Part shown: positions 1-10,250 of the stretch, piece by piece
Layout of the letters: each line of letters opens with the position of its first letter
How positions within the stretch are numbered: the first letter of the stretch is position 1
Assembly: GCA_944385705.1 (NCBI GenBank)
Contig: CALWYF010000001.1
Location: 3,118-67,117, forward strand
Length of the DNA stretch: 64,000 nucleotides
Reading direction: 5' to 3'
Source: an uncultured Oscillospiraceae bacterium
GTDB taxonomy: Bacteria > Bacillota > Clostridia > Oscillospirales > Oscillospiraceae
Notes under the pieces: model-generated
Told to the model about the DNA's origin: nothing
The model's database searches: none
What the model saw: the letters and a program-made list of their open reading frames with translations, nothing else
Made by a program: the position numbers and the translations under genes

Positions 1-72
1 AACAGTACCGTTGAGTTTGCCGTTCTGCTGTTCGGCAAACACCCATATTCCTTTGTAATCACTTTTTGCCAT
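1..72 (-). CDS. etfA: electron transfer flavoprotein alpha subunit, N-terminal fragment (continues off left edge)
   Basis: Reverse-strand ATG at 70-72 gives MAKSDYKGIWVFAEQQNGKLNGTV, directly downstream of etfB in the usual bcd-etfB-etfA order. Confidence 0.7.
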   Translation of the reverse strand, partial: MAKSDYKGIWVFAEQQNGKLNGTV

Positions 73-85
73 GGATGCCGCCTCC

Positions 86-871
86 TTATATCAGATGCTC
101 GTCATGCAGCATGTCTGCAATCTGAGCTGCGATTTCCTCTCCGCTGCCGGAGAAATACTTGGTGTCCGCGTTCCGCTTGGGGGGCTCCAGGACCTCCTTG
201 GTGGAGGAGGGAGAGCCGGGGATGCCGGTGCGGGTCTTGTCTGCACCCAGGTCTTCCGCATTCCAGACGAAACGGGGCTTCTTGAGAGCCTTCATGATGT
301 TGATGGGCTTGGGGTAGCGGGGCTGGTTGATCTCCGCGGTGACGGTGACCAGGGCGGGCAGCTTTGCCCGGACCTTCTGCACGCTGTCCTCCAAAACCCG
401 GTCGCAGATGACATAGCCGTCCTGCACGTCGATAGAGGAGGCCAGAGTTATCTGGGGGATGCCCAGCTGGGCTGCGGTGGCGGGACCGGTCTGAGCGGTG
501 TCGCCGTCAACGGCGTGGCGGCCGAAGAGCAGCAGGTCGTAGCCGCCGATCTTCTTTGCGGCCATGGCCAGAGTGTAGGAGGTGGCCAGGGTGTCCGCAC
601 CGCCGAAGGCCCGGTCGGAGAGGAGGTAGGCCTCGTCGCAGCCCAGAGCCAGGGCCTTTTTCAAAACTTCCTCAGCCTGAGGGGGTCCCATGCTGATGGC
701 GCAGACGGTGGCGCCGTACTTTTCCTTGAGCTGGATGGCGGCCTCAACGGCGTTGGCATCCAGGGGGTTCAATTTGCTGGCCACACCTTCACGCATGATG
801 TTGCCGGTCTTGGGGTCCAGCTTTACATCGTCGGTGTCGGGGACCTGTTTTACGAATACCAGAATCTTCAT
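86..871 (-). CDS. etfB: electron transfer flavoprotein beta subunit
   Basis: 261 aa ORF starting MKILVFVKQVPDTDDVKLDPKTG, typical full-length EtfB; the antisense ORF 71..898 is a GC shadow. Confidence 0.93.
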   Translation of the reverse strand: MKILVFVKQVPDTDDVKLDPKTGNIMREGVASKLNPLDANAVEAAIQLKEKYGATVCAISMGPPQAEEVLKKALALGCDEAYLLSDRAFGGADTLATSYTLAMAAKKIGGYDLLLFGRHAVDGDTAQTGPATAAQLGIPQITLASSIDVQDGYVICDRVLEDSVQKVRAKLPALVTVTAEINQPRYPKPINIMKALKKPRFVWNAEDLGADKTRTGIPGSPSSTKEVLEPPKRNADTKYFSGSGEEIAAQIADMLHDEHLI

Positions 872-920
872 TGGAGTTCTGTCTCCTTAACTATATAGGT
901 TTACTTTGAAAGGGGTGGAC

Positions 921-2054
921 TTATCTGCCGATGACGGCGCCGCTGATGACCATGCGCAGGATCTCGCTGGTGCCTTCGCCGATCTCCAGAAGCTTTGCAT
1001 CACGGTAGAAGCGCTCCACGTCGAACTCGTGGCTGTAGCCGTTGCCGCCGTGGATCTGGATGCAGTCGTCGCAGACTTCGCAGGCCCAGCGGGAAGCCAG
1101 GAGCTTCAGCTCGGCAGCCTCGGTGGAGAAGCGGACGCCGGAATCCTTCATGGCGCAGGTGTCCCAGATCATCAGATCGGTGGCGCGGATCTTTGCGGCC
1201 ATGTCTGCAAACTTGAAGCCAACAGCCTGATGCTTGTAGATGGGCTTACCGAAGGTGACACGCTCTTTGGCGTACTTGATGGCCTTGTCCATGGCATGCT
1301 GCATAAGACCGGAGGCGATGGCACCGATGGAGATACGGGCACCGTCCAGAGCCTGCATGGCTATCATGAAGCCGCGGCCCTCGGGACCAACCAGAGAATC
1401 GGCGGGGAGCTTGATGTTGTCGAAGCTCAGTTCGCAGGTACCGGAACCACGCATGCCCATCTTCTTCTCGAACTTGCCGACGGTCAGGCCCTCGGCCTCC
1501 TTGGGGACGATGAAGACGGAAATGCCCTTGTTGCCGGCAGTGGGATCGGTCTTGGCCATGATGAGGTAGTAGTCTGCTATGCCGGAGTTGGTGATCCAGG
1601 CCTTGCCGCCGTTGAGGATGTAGCTGCCGTCGGGCTGCTTCTCAGCAACGGACTTGATGGCTGCGGCATCGGAGCCGGCGTTGGACTCGGTGAGACCGAA
1701 GGCGAAAACCTTGCCCTCAGCGCACAGAGGTACGTATTTCTTCTTCTGCTCCTCGGTGCCGTGGAGGAGGATCATGTCGGCTGCCAGCCAGTGGGCATCA
1801 AGGAAGAGGGCGATGGAGGCGCTGCCCTTGGCGATCTCGTTGATGACTATCTCGCTGGTGATGGTGTCTCCGCCGCCGCCGCCGTACTCCTCGGGCATAT
1901 GGATGGCCATCAGGCCGGCGTCAACAAGCTTGGGGATCAGGTCCCAGTCAAAGCCGTTCTCGTCCATGGCTCTGTCTCTGGGCTCAATCTCGTTTGCGGT
2001 GAATTCTCTTACCATGTCACGGATCATCAGTTGTTCTTCGGTGAACTTGTACAT
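921..2054 (-). CDS. bcd: butyryl-CoA/acyl-CoA dehydrogenase
   Basis: ORF 921..2069. Start moved to MYKFTEEQ (ATG 2052-2054), which follows GGAGG. Acyl-CoA dehydrogenase signature including the C-terminal IGEGTSEI catalytic-Glu motif. Precedes etfBA. Confidence 0.9.
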   Translation of the reverse strand: MYKFTEEQLMIRDMVREFTANEIEPRDRAMDENGFDWDLIPKLVDAGLMAIHMPEEYGGGGGDTITSEIVINEIAKGSASIALFLDAHWLAADMILLHGTEEQKKKYVPLCAEGKVFAFGLTESNAGSDAAAIKSVAEKQPDGSYILNGGKAWITNSGIADYYLIMAKTDPTAGNKGISVFIVPKEAEGLTVGKFEKKMGMRGSGTCELSFDNIKLPADSLVGPEGRGFMIAMQALDGARISIGAIASGLMQHAMDKAIKYAKERVTFGKPIYKHQAVGFKFADMAAKIRATDLMIWDTCAMKDSGVRFSTEAAELKLLASRWACEVCDDCIQIHGGNGYSHEFDVERFYRDAKLLEIGEGTSEILRMVISGAVIGR

Positions 2055-2341
2055 TGTTTTGACCTCCATGTTTAAGATTTAGTTAAAACTAAATTTTTGA
2101 TACAGATGAAAAAACTATTGCAAAAATCAGCTCGTCTGTTATAATACAGATACACAGTGTATTAATGCTGATTCAGTTTCTTCTATCTGCCGCTGGTTAA
2201 ACTATAAACAATACTGACACAGATGTCAACAGTAACATGTGTGTCCAGGTCAGTTTCAGCGGTATACTCAAAAAACGGTGTCTATTTTTTCACAAAATTT
2301 GAAATGTTATAGTACAGTTTCAGGAAGAAACAGGGAGAATT

Positions 2342-3694
2342 TTGAAAACTGTTTTAAACTGTTATAATCAGGGGGCGGCCAAGATTTCCATTAAGAACGA
2401 CATGGTGCTGAAATATATAGAATCCCTGCCGGAGGGCAGCCGGATATCCGTCCGGGAGCTGTCGGCAAAGCTGCTGGTAAGCGAGGGAACGGCCTACAAG
2501 GCGGTGAAGGAGGCCGAGCAGCTGGGCATGGTGATGGTCAAGCCCAAGGCAGGCACGGTGCGCATAAGCGTGCAGCAGCCCAGCTATGAAAAAAGCGTCA
2601 GCGCTGCCGACACCGCAAAGATGCTGGGCCTCAGCGTCAGCGCCGGGAAGGCCAACCTGAACCGCAGGATACGCCGCCTTATAATATGCGACGGCTCCCG
2701 TCAGGATCTGCTGCGCCAGATGGAGGGGCTTGAGCCCTCCGCCTGCCTCTGCCTTTGCGGAGACAGGCCGGAGCTGCAGACGGAGATACTGGAGCGGGGG
2801 GCAAACCTGCTGCTCACCGGGGGTATCAGGCCCAGCTGGGTGCTGGCCAACCTGGCGGAGCGCCGGGGCTTGCTGGTGTTTACCTCCCCTCAGAGCGCTT
2901 TTGCTCTGGTGAGGCTCTTTGACTCGGAACTGGACGAGTCCGGCCTGCAGCCCGGCGGCGACAAGGTCTCGGCCTGGATGCAGGCGCCGGACTACATGTA
3001 CTATAACGATATAGTGGCGGACTGGCACCGGCACTATGCCGAGGGCAGTCTGGCCCAGCAATACCCCGTGGTGGACGACGATCTGGAGCTGATAGGAGCT
3101 CTGGACATGTGGAAGGCCGCCACAGCCAACCCCTCCCAGAAACTCAGCTCAGTGCTGGCGGACAGCGAGGACCTGGAGACCGTGTCCACCGAAGACAGCG
3201 TCAGGGATGTGACCCGCCGCTTTGTGGTGAGCGGGCAGTTCGTGGCCCCGGTACTGGAGGGGAAGCGGATGATGGGCATGATAAGTGCCATCGACCTGCT
3301 GAGATATTATATGTGCTCCGAGCCGGAGCCGGGGAGCTGCACTACCGACAGCTTCCTATCCAGGGATGTGACCGTATCCCAGGACTACAACGCAGTGTTT
3401 CGGGTGCAGGTGCCGCCCAGCGCCCTGGGGGGCATGGGGCATCTGGAGAACGACCTGCTGCTGTCGGCGGCGGAGAGCCATCTGCGGCAGCTGGGGCTTG
3501 CCAATTACCGCCTGACCAACGGCACCTTTATGGCCTTCCGGCCTCTGGAGGCCGCCGAGGGCCTGCGGCTGGAGAGCAGAATGCAGGCCAATAATTCCGG
3601 CAGCGCAGTACTGGAAGTCGAGCTATACGATGAAAAGCTCTCCTACGCCAAAATGGTGATAACGGCTACGGCCCAGGAAAAGAAGGGGGAATAA
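2342..3694 (+). CDS. wHTH-DRTGG-CBS pair-hotdog-like protein (YtoI-like); start uncertain
   Basis: N-terminal wHTH-like SVRELSAKLLVSEGTAYKAVKEAEQLG, DRTGG-type LLLTGG segment, two CBS-like repeats. The track start is TTG; an internal ATG (MVLKYIE) is also possible. Confidence 0.65.
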   Translation: MKTVLNCYNQGAAKISIKNDMVLKYIESLPEGSRISVRELSAKLLVSEGTAYKAVKEAEQLGMVMVKPKAGTVRISVQQPSYEKSVSAADTAKMLGLSVSAGKANLNRRIRRLIICDGSRQDLLRQMEGLEPSACLCLCGDRPELQTEILERGANLLLTGGIRPSWVLANLAERRGLLVFTSPQSAFALVRLFDSELDESGLQPGGDKVSAWMQAPDYMYYNDIVADWHRHYAEGSLAQQYPVVDDDLELIGALDMWKAATANPSQKLSSVLADSEDLETVSTEDSVRDVTRRFVVSGQFVAPVLEGKRMMGMISAIDLLRYYMCSEPEPGSCTTDSFLSRDVTVSQDYNAVFRVQVPPSALGGMGHLENDLLLSAAESHLRQLGLANYRLTNGTFMAFRPLEAAEGLRLESRMQANNSGSAVLEVELYDEKLSYAKMVITATAQEKKGE

Positions 3695-3697
3695 ACC

Positions 3698-4849
3698 GTG
3701 TTTCAGCTGAGCGAGAGACAAAGAGAACTGCGCAATGAACTGCGCAGCTTTGTGGACAAAAACATAATACCCCAGGCGGGGAGCCTGGAACTCAGCGGAG
3801 GCTTTCCCAGAGGCCTGTTTTCCCAGCTGGGAAAGGAGGGTTATCTGGACCTGTGCTTCTGGCACCTGAGACCGGGGGCCAAGTACGGCAGCACGGAGAG
3901 CGCCATAATCCTGGAGGAGATAGCCAGGGGCCTGCCCTCCCTGGCCCTCAGCATGAGCCCCCACATCCAGTGCATGAACCTGATATCCCTCTACGGCAGC
4001 CAGGAGCTGAAGGAGAAGCTGCTGCCGGCGGCGCTGAAAGGGGAGACGCTCTTTGCCTTTGCCCTCTCCGAGGCCAGCGGGGGCTCCGAGGCCCTGGCCA
4101 TAGACACCACTGCCAGCTTCGTGGGAGACGGCTGGGTGCTCAACGGGGAGAAGTGCTGGATAACCAATGCGGGGGCGGCCGACGGCTATATCGTGGCGGC
4201 CAAGAGCGCCAGCTCCAGCCGTTACAGGGACGTTAGCCTGTTTTATGTGGATGCCGGGACTCCGGGTCTGGAGGATCTGGTGAGGGTGCCACTTACGGGG
4301 ATGAACAACTCTCCCACCGGGACCATCCGGCTGAACAACTGCAAGGTGTCCGCTCAGTGCCTGGTGGGCAGGGAGAATGAGGCCTATTCACTTATGAAGG
4401 TGCTGCTGAACGAGGGCCGGCTGGATATGGCAGCCCTGGCGGTGGGCATGGCCCAGTGCTCCATGGAGTGCAGCATCAGCCATACCAGCACCAGCAGCCG
4501 CTATGGGAGAAACCTGGCTTCCTATCAAGGAGTGTCCTTCCAGGTGGCCAGAATGTACGAGAAGATATTCATGGCCCGCAACGCCATGTACACCGTTGCG
4601 GACATGTTCCAGAACCAGCAGCGGGCCACCATGGAGGTGGCAGCTCTGAAGCTTTTCGCCTCGGAGATGTGCGTGGAGGTCTGCCGCTCGGCGGCCCAGC
4701 TCCACGGCGCCGGGGGCTTCAGCCGTTTCTCCCCGGTGGAGCGGAACCTTCGGGACTGCCAGATGCTCACCATTGCCGAGGGCAGCTCCGAGGTGTGCCA
4801 GATAGTCATATCCGGCAAGCTGTACCACGCCCAGCCCGGGGAATACTGA
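3698..4849 (+). CDS. acyl-CoA dehydrogenase family protein (paralogue of bcd)
   Basis: 383 aa, GTG start, ACAD-like throughout, C-terminal LTIAEGSSEV motif retains the catalytic Glu position. Confidence 0.85.
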   Translation: MFQLSERQRELRNELRSFVDKNIIPQAGSLELSGGFPRGLFSQLGKEGYLDLCFWHLRPGAKYGSTESAIILEEIARGLPSLALSMSPHIQCMNLISLYGSQELKEKLLPAALKGETLFAFALSEASGGSEALAIDTTASFVGDGWVLNGEKCWITNAGAADGYIVAAKSASSSRYRDVSLFYVDAGTPGLEDLVRVPLTGMNNSPTGTIRLNNCKVSAQCLVGRENEAYSLMKVLLNEGRLDMAALAVGMAQCSMECSISHTSTSSRYGRNLASYQGVSFQVARMYEKIFMARNAMYTVADMFQNQQRATMEVAALKLFASEMCVEVCRSAAQLHGAGGFSRFSPVERNLRDCQMLTIAEGSSEVCQIVISGKLYHAQPGEY

Positions 4850-4956
4850 AGAGAAGAGCAAAAAAAGCCGGAAAAAATCGAAAAGGAAAGATTTTACTTG
4901 AAAAAGACGGGAATACAGGCTAAGATGATATAAACGATGAAAAGGAGGCTTTGCCC

Positions 4957-5202
4957 ATGAAATGTCCCCGCTGCGGCAGTGAAATGACTGTTGACACCCA
5001 CCGTAAGTACAATATAGAGATGTGCTATAACTGCGGCTATACCGAGGGGCGCAGTTCCGGCGACGGACAGCAGGCCGGAGCTACGAACTTCCAGCACATG
5101 AAAGAACTGAACATGAACGAACTGGCCGTGTTCCTCTCCGAGGGAGTAGGCGTGGATAAGGACAAGGTGTTCTCCTGGCTTTGCGCCGCCCACGAGGAAT
5201 AA
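4957..5202 (+). CDS. small zinc-ribbon protein
   Basis: ATG 4957 lies 8 nt after AGGAGG. CPRCG...CYNCG double CxxC. Confidence 0.6.
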   Translation: MKCPRCGSEMTVDTHRKYNIEMCYNCGYTEGRSSGDGQQAGATNFQHMKELNMNELAVFLSEGVGVDKDKVFSWLCAAHEE

Positions 5203-5244
5203 AGGACATTCGGGAAAGAGTGCGGCAGGACCTGTATAAAAGAT

Positions 5245-5283
5245 AAAACCGAGGCTCCCATTTTATGGGAGCCTCGGTTTTGC
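5245..5283. terminator. bidirectional rho-independent terminator
   Basis: 12-bp perfect stem ccgaggctccca/tgggagcctcgg (5249-5260 / 5266-5277), flanked by an A-run and a T-run, between convergent genes. Confidence 0.8.
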
Positions 5284-5315
5284 TTTTGACCTGAATATGT
5301 TGAAAGCTCTGGCCC

Positions 5316-6506
5316 TCAGTCCAGCAGAGCCTTGAAGGCGGGGAGGCTGCGCTCTATCATGTCCTTGGCCACGCAGTAGCTGAGCCGCAGATAGCCGGGA
5401 CAGCCGAAGCCGTCGGCAGGCACCAGCAGCAAATTCTGCTGAAGCTTGGCTTTTTCGGAGAAGGCCATGGAATCTCCGCCGGGGGCCTTCACCAGCAGGT
5501 AGAAGGCGCCCTGTGGCTTTACGCACTCATAGCCCATGGCCGTGAGACTGCCGTAGAGCAGACGGCGGTTCTCATCATAGGCGGCCAGGTCCGGCCTCTC
5601 AGCGGCACAGCGGCCTATCACCAGCTGCATCAGGGATGGGGGGCACACATGGCCCATTATCCTGGCGGCCCCGGAAATGGCCGTGTAAAGCTCCCGGGAG
5701 TCCCGGGCAAAGCCGGGCACATAGACATAGCCTATACGCTCACCCGGCAGGGAGAGGGACTTGGAGTAAGAATAGCAGACGACGGTGTTTTTATATATGC
5801 AGGGGATGAAGGGCACTTCCACTCCGTCATAGACCAGTTCCCGATAGGGCTCATCGGCGATGATGTATATGGGATGGCCGTACTCTGCTCCCTTACGCTC
5901 CAGCAGAGCGGCCAGGGCCTCCAGACTCTCCCGGGAGTATACAACGCCGGAGGGGTTGTTGGGGGAGTTTACTATGACGGCCTGGGTGCGGGGGCTGAGA
6001 AGGGCTTCAAGCTTGTCAAGGGCTATCTGGAAAGAGGAGGTGTCCGGGGGAACGATAACAACCTTGGCGCCGTTTTGCTCCACAAAGGGCACATACTCCG
6101 GGAAGAAGGGGGCCAGGAGCATTATCTCACTGTCCTCTCCCACAGCCAGAGCCTTTATGACCGAGATAAGAGCCGGGGCGGCTCCGCAGGTAAAGAACAG
6201 CTCCTCGGCCTTTACCGGCAGTCCGAAGCGGCGCTCCAGGTCCTCTGCCACGGCTTTGCGGGCATCTGTCAGCCCGGCGGCCATGGTGTAGCCGTGGACC
6301 TGGATGGAGTCCATGCTGCTTATTATATCCATTATAGATGCGTTCACAGCGGCCGGAGCGGGGATGCTGGGGTTACCCAGGGAGTAGTCATAGACCTTGT
6401 CAGGACCCACCAGAGCCGCCTGCTGAAGGCCGTAGGCAAAGAGGCTGCGGATGACGGAGGGCTCGGCTCCAAGCTTATAGCAATTCTCGTTTATCATGTT
6501 TATCAC
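5316..6506 (-). CDS. PLP-dependent class I/II aminotransferase
   Basis: 396 aa; SYSKSLSLPGERIGY PLP-lysine motif and aspartate-aminotransferase-like layout. Confidence 0.88.
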   Translation of the reverse strand: MINMINENCYKLGAEPSVIRSLFAYGLQQAALVGPDKVYDYSLGNPSIPAPAAVNASIMDIISSMDSIQVHGYTMAAGLTDARKAVAEDLERRFGLPVKAEELFFTCGAAPALISVIKALAVGEDSEIMLLAPFFPEYVPFVEQNGAKVVIVPPDTSSFQIALDKLEALLSPRTQAVIVNSPNNPSGVVYSRESLEALAALLERKGAEYGHPIYIIADEPYRELVYDGVEVPFIPCIYKNTVVCYSYSKSLSLPGERIGYVYVPGFARDSRELYTAISGAARIMGHVCPPSLMQLVIGRCAAERPDLAAYDENRRLLYGSLTAMGYECVKPQGAFYLLVKAPGGDSMAFSEKAKLQQNLLLVPADGFGCPGYLRLSYCVAKDMIERSLPAFKALLD

Positions 6507-6609
6507 TCCCGTTTATAGATTCATGTGGGAATTATACTACCAAGCCCAAGATTTGAAAAGACGGGCATAAAAAATTCCGGGTATCAATACCCGGAATTTT
6601 TTATGCCTT

Positions 6610-8496
6610 TCACACCGCAGCAGGAGCGGGATGACCGGTATAGAGCTGATAGTACTTGCCCTGCTTTTCCATGAGCTGCTCGTGGGTGCCACGCTCTATG
6701 ATGCGTCCCTGCTCCATGACCATGATGCAGTCGGCGTTGCGCACGGTGGAGAGCCGGTGGGCGATGACGAAGGTGGTGCGCCCGGCCATCAGGGCGTCCA
6801 TGCCGTCCTGGACCAGCTTCTCGGTACGGGTGTCTATGGAGGAGGTGGCCTCGTCCAGTATCAGGGCGGGAGGGTCTGCCACGGCGGCCCGGGCTATGGA
6901 CAGCAGCTGCCTCTGGCCCTGGCTCAGATTGGCTCCGTCCCCGGTGAGCATGGTATCGTAGCCGTCGGGCAGACGGCGGATAAAGCCGTCGGCATTGGCC
7001 AGCTTTGCGGCGGCTATACACTCCTCATCGGTGGCGTCCAGCCGCCCATAGCGGATATTGTCCATGACGGTGCCGGTGAAGAGGTGGGTATCCTGAAGCA
7101 CCATGCCCAGAGAGCGGCGCAGGTCGGACTTCTTTATCTTGTTGATGTTGATGCCGTCGTAACGTATCTTGCCGTCGGCTATATCGTAGAAGCGGTTTAT
7201 CAGGTTGGTGATGGTGGTCTTGCCGGCGCCGGTGGCCCCGACAAAGGCTATCTTCTGTCCGGGCTTTGCCCAAAGACTTATGTTGTGCAGCACTGTCTTC
7301 CCCGGCTCGTAGCCGAAGTCCACGTCATCCATGACCACGGCGCCTTCCAGCTTCGTGTAGGTGACGCTGCCGTCGGCCTTGTGGGGGTGCCGCCAGGCCC
7401 AGAGCTTGGTGCGCTCCTGAGTCTCGGTAATATTGCCGTTCTCGTCTTCCCGGGCCCGGACCAGTTCCACGTAGCCCTGGTCCTCCTCCGGCTGCTGGTC
7501 CATCAGGTCAAAGACCCTATGGGCTCCGGCGGCGGCGGTGACAACAAAGTTCACCTGCATGCTCACCTGGGAGATGGGCTGGGTGAAGCTCTTATTCAGC
7601 CCCACAAAGGCGATGACAGTGCCCAGGCTCACTCCGGCCAGACCGTTGATGGCCAGAACGGCTCCCATCACTGCAACCAGGGCGTAGCTGAGCCAGCCGA
7701 TGTTGGCATTGACAGGCATGAGCATGTTGGCATAGCTGTTGGCCTTGTCGGCACTGATGCGCAGCTCCTCGTTCACCTTGTGAAAGCCGTCCATGGCGGC
7801 GCTTTCATGGCAGAAGACCTTTACCACCTTCTGACCGTCCAGCATCTCCTCGATGAAGCCGTCCACGGCGCCAAGGGCCTGCTGCTGCTTGATATAATAC
7901 TTGCCTGAAAGCCGGGAGAAGTTCTTGGTGACGGTAAGCATTACCAGGGCTGTGAGCAGAGAGATGAAGGTGAGCAGGGGATTTAGCAGCAGCATGGTCA
8001 CAAAGGTGGCAACCATGGTGATGCAGGAGTTTATCACCTGGGGTATGCTCTGGCTCAGCAGCTGGCGCAGAGTGTCCACGTCGTTGGTGTATACGGACAT
8101 GATGTCCCCGTGGGAGTGGGTGTCGAAATATTTGATGGGCAGCTGCTCCATTTTGTGAAACAGCTCGTCACGAAGATGGCACATGGTGCCCTGACTCACG
8201 TTTACCATGATACGGTTGTAGGCAAAGGCGGAGACCGTGCCCAGGGCCATCAAAGCGGCCAGCTGCAATATGGCGGACTTGAGGCCGCTGAAGTCCCGGG
8301 AACCGCTTTGCACCATGGGGGTGATATAGTCATCCACCAGGGTCTGGGGGAAGGTGGCCGCCAGGACCGTGGCCACTGCCGACAGCAGTATGAACAGCAC
8401 TACCAGAATAAAGGGAAGACTGTAGTAGTGCAGCATGTATCTCATTACCCGGCTCAGCACCTTGCCGGCGCCGGGCATTGCTTTTTTCTTGTTCAT
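6610..8496 (-). CDS. ABC transporter permease/ATP-binding protein (exporter half)
   Basis: N-terminal 6-TM domain; Walker A GATGAGKTT, signature LSQGQRQ, Walker B ILDEATS. Start set to MNKKK (ATG 8494-8496) after AGGAGG. Confidence 0.9.
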   Translation of the reverse strand: MNKKKAMPGAGKVLSRVMRYMLHYYSLPFILVVLFILLSAVATVLAATFPQTLVDDYITPMVQSGSRDFSGLKSAILQLAALMALGTVSAFAYNRIMVNVSQGTMCHLRDELFHKMEQLPIKYFDTHSHGDIMSVYTNDVDTLRQLLSQSIPQVINSCITMVATFVTMLLLNPLLTFISLLTALVMLTVTKNFSRLSGKYYIKQQQALGAVDGFIEEMLDGQKVVKVFCHESAAMDGFHKVNEELRISADKANSYANMLMPVNANIGWLSYALVAVMGAVLAINGLAGVSLGTVIAFVGLNKSFTQPISQVSMQVNFVVTAAAGAHRVFDLMDQQPEEDQGYVELVRAREDENGNITETQERTKLWAWRHPHKADGSVTYTKLEGAVVMDDVDFGYEPGKTVLHNISLWAKPGQKIAFVGATGAGKTTITNLINRFYDIADGKIRYDGININKIKKSDLRRSLGMVLQDTHLFTGTVMDNIRYGRLDATDEECIAAAKLANADGFIRRLPDGYDTMLTGDGANLSQGQRQLLSIARAAVADPPALILDEATSSIDTRTEKLVQDGMDALMAGRTTFVIAHRLSTVRNADCIMVMEQGRIIERGTHEQLMEKQGKYYQLYTGHPAPAAV

Positions 8497-8510
8497 GAAA
8501 ATACCTCCTT

Positions 8511-10250
8511 TCACGCGCTCTGGTCGAAGTCGCCGCCGCCCTTGACCTGGGACTCATAGATATCCCGGTAGATGGCGTTGGTCTCCAGCAGCTTCTCGTG
8601 GGTATCAAAGCCGTCTATCCGGCCGTTATCCAGCACCAATATCCTGCCGGCATGCTCCACGCTGGAGATACGCTGGGCTATGATTATCTTGGTGGTGCCG
8701 GGTATCTGCTGGGCAAAGGCTTTTTGTATCTTCGCGTCGGTGGCGGTATCCACGGCGGAGGTGGAGTCGTCCAGAATGAGGACCTTGGGTTTCTTCAGCA
8801 GGGCCCGGGCTATGCACAGCCGCTGCTTCTGACCGCCGGAGACATTGGCCCCGCCCCGCTCTATGTGGGTATTGTAGCCATCGGGCATACGGTCAATGAA
8901 CTCGTCGGCACAGGCGGCCTTACAGGCTTGGATGCAGTCCTCCTCGGTGGCATCCGGGTCGCCCCAGCGCAGGTTATCCAGAATGGTGCCGGAAAACAGG
9001 GTGTTCTTCTGAAGCACCACGGAGACCTGGTTGCGCAGTACCTCGGTGTCGTAGCGGCGCACGTCCACGCCGCCCACCTTCACCGTGCCCTTGGATGCGT
9101 CGTACAGGCGGCAGATGAGGTTAACCAGGCTGCTCTTGCCGCAGCCGGTGCCGCCGATGACCCCTATGGTCTCCCCGGCTTTTATATGCAGGTCTATGTC
9201 CGACAGGGCATACTTGCTGCTGCCTTCCTTATAGGAAAAGCTCACATGGTCAAAGTCGATGGAACCGTCGGCCACTTCAGTCACCGGATCCTGGGGGGAT
9301 GCAAGGTCAGGCTCCTCGGTGAGCACCTGGCCGATACGGCGTATGCTGGCCATGGACATGGATATCATAACCACCACCATGGACAGCATCATAAGCCCCA
9401 TGAGCAGGGACATGATATAGCTGAAAAGACTGGTGAGTTCGCCGGTGCTCATATCTCCGGCCACGATGAACTGGGCGCCCAGCCAGGAGGCGCAGAGGAC
9501 GCAGAAATACACGGAGACCATCATTGCGGGGTTATTGAAGGCCAGCAGGCCTTCCGCCTTTACGAACATTTTCCGCAGTGTGGCCGAGGCCTTGGAGAAT
9601 TTTTTCGTCTCGTAGTCCTCCCGGACGAAGGCCTTTACCACCCTTATGCCGGAAATGTTCTCCTGGACGCTGGCGTTCAGGTCGTCATATTTGTGAAAGA
9701 CCTGGTTGAATATCTTTAAGGTCACCACCATGATGCTGCCCAGCACTGCCACCAGAAATACCACGGCAATGAGGAACATCAGGCTCATCCGGGGACTGAT
9801 GATAAGGCACATGGCATAGCTGAAAAAGAGCATGAGAGGCGAGCGCACCGCCACGCGGATTATCATCATAAAGGCATTCTGCACGTTGGTGATGTCCGTG
9901 GTCATGCGGGTGACCAGGCCGGGCACGCTGAACTTGTCTATATTGGAAAAGGAAAAGCGCTGGATATTGGCGTATATGGCCTCACGAAGATTGGCCGCAA
10001 AGCCGGATGAGGCTCCGGCGGCAAACCTGCCCGCCAGGGTACCGAAGATCAGGCTCATCAGAGCCATGACCACCATCAGCGCACCAAAGCGATACACCAC
10101 AGGCAGATTGGCAGCCTCCAGGCCCTGGTCTATGATTATGGCCGTGACAAAGGGCATGAGTATCTCCATCAAAACTTCCAGGGCCGTGAGCCCTATACAC
10201 AGCCAGGCCTCTTTGCGATAGCGGCCCAACTGCTTTAAAACTATTTTCAT
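8511..10250 (-). CDS. ABC transporter permease/ATP-binding protein (exporter half)
   Basis: TM domain plus GGTGCGKSS Walker A, VSGGQKQR signature, ILDDSTSAVD Walker B. Adjacent to its partner. Confidence 0.9.
   Translation of the reverse strand: MKIVLKQLGRYRKEAWLCIGLTALEVLMEILMPFVTAIIIDQGLEAANLPVVYRFGALMVVMALMSLIFGTLAGRFAAGASSGFAANLREAIYANIQRFSFSNIDKFSVPGLVTRMTTDITNVQNAFMMIIRVAVRSPLMLFFSYAMCLIISPRMSLMFLIAVVFLVAVLGSIMVVTLKIFNQVFHKYDDLNASVQENISGIRVVKAFVREDYETKKFSKASATLRKMFVKAEGLLAFNNPAMMVSVYFCVLCASWLGAQFIVAGDMSTGELTSLFSYIMSLLMGLMMLSMVVVMISMSMASIRRIGQVLTEEPDLASPQDPVTEVADGSIDFDHVSFSYKEGSSKYALSDIDLHIKAGETIGVIGGTGCGKSSLVNLICRLYDASKGTVKVGGVDVRRYDTEVLRNQVSVVLQKNTLFSGTILDNLRWGDPDATEEDCIQACKAACADEFIDRMPDGYNTHIERGGANVSGGQKQRLCIARALLKKPKVLILDDSTSAVDTATDAKIQKAFAQQIPGTTKIIIAQRISSVEHAGRILVLDNGRIDGFDTHEKLLETNAIYRDIYESQVKGGGDFDQSA

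Noticed and set aside
71-2075. Long plus-strand ORFs (71..898, 906..2075) antisense to etfB and bcd
   Set aside because: Low-complexity Gly/Ala/Val-rich translations with no RBS, exactly mirroring well-supported minus-strand genes. These are typical GC-rich shadow ORFs. The same reasoning applies to 6631..7908, 8598..9719, 52270..54492, 54951..56915, 56936..58087, 32972..34684(-) and 23126..24199(-).
2077-2094. Perfect 8+2+8 palindrome ATTTAGTTAAAACTAAAT just upstream of bcd, considered as a Rex/redox-regulator operator
   Set aside because: It does not match the Rex consensus (TTGTGAA-N4-TTCACAA or the TTGTTAA variant) well enough. It is a single AT-rich palindrome in an AT-rich leader, so it is left unassigned.
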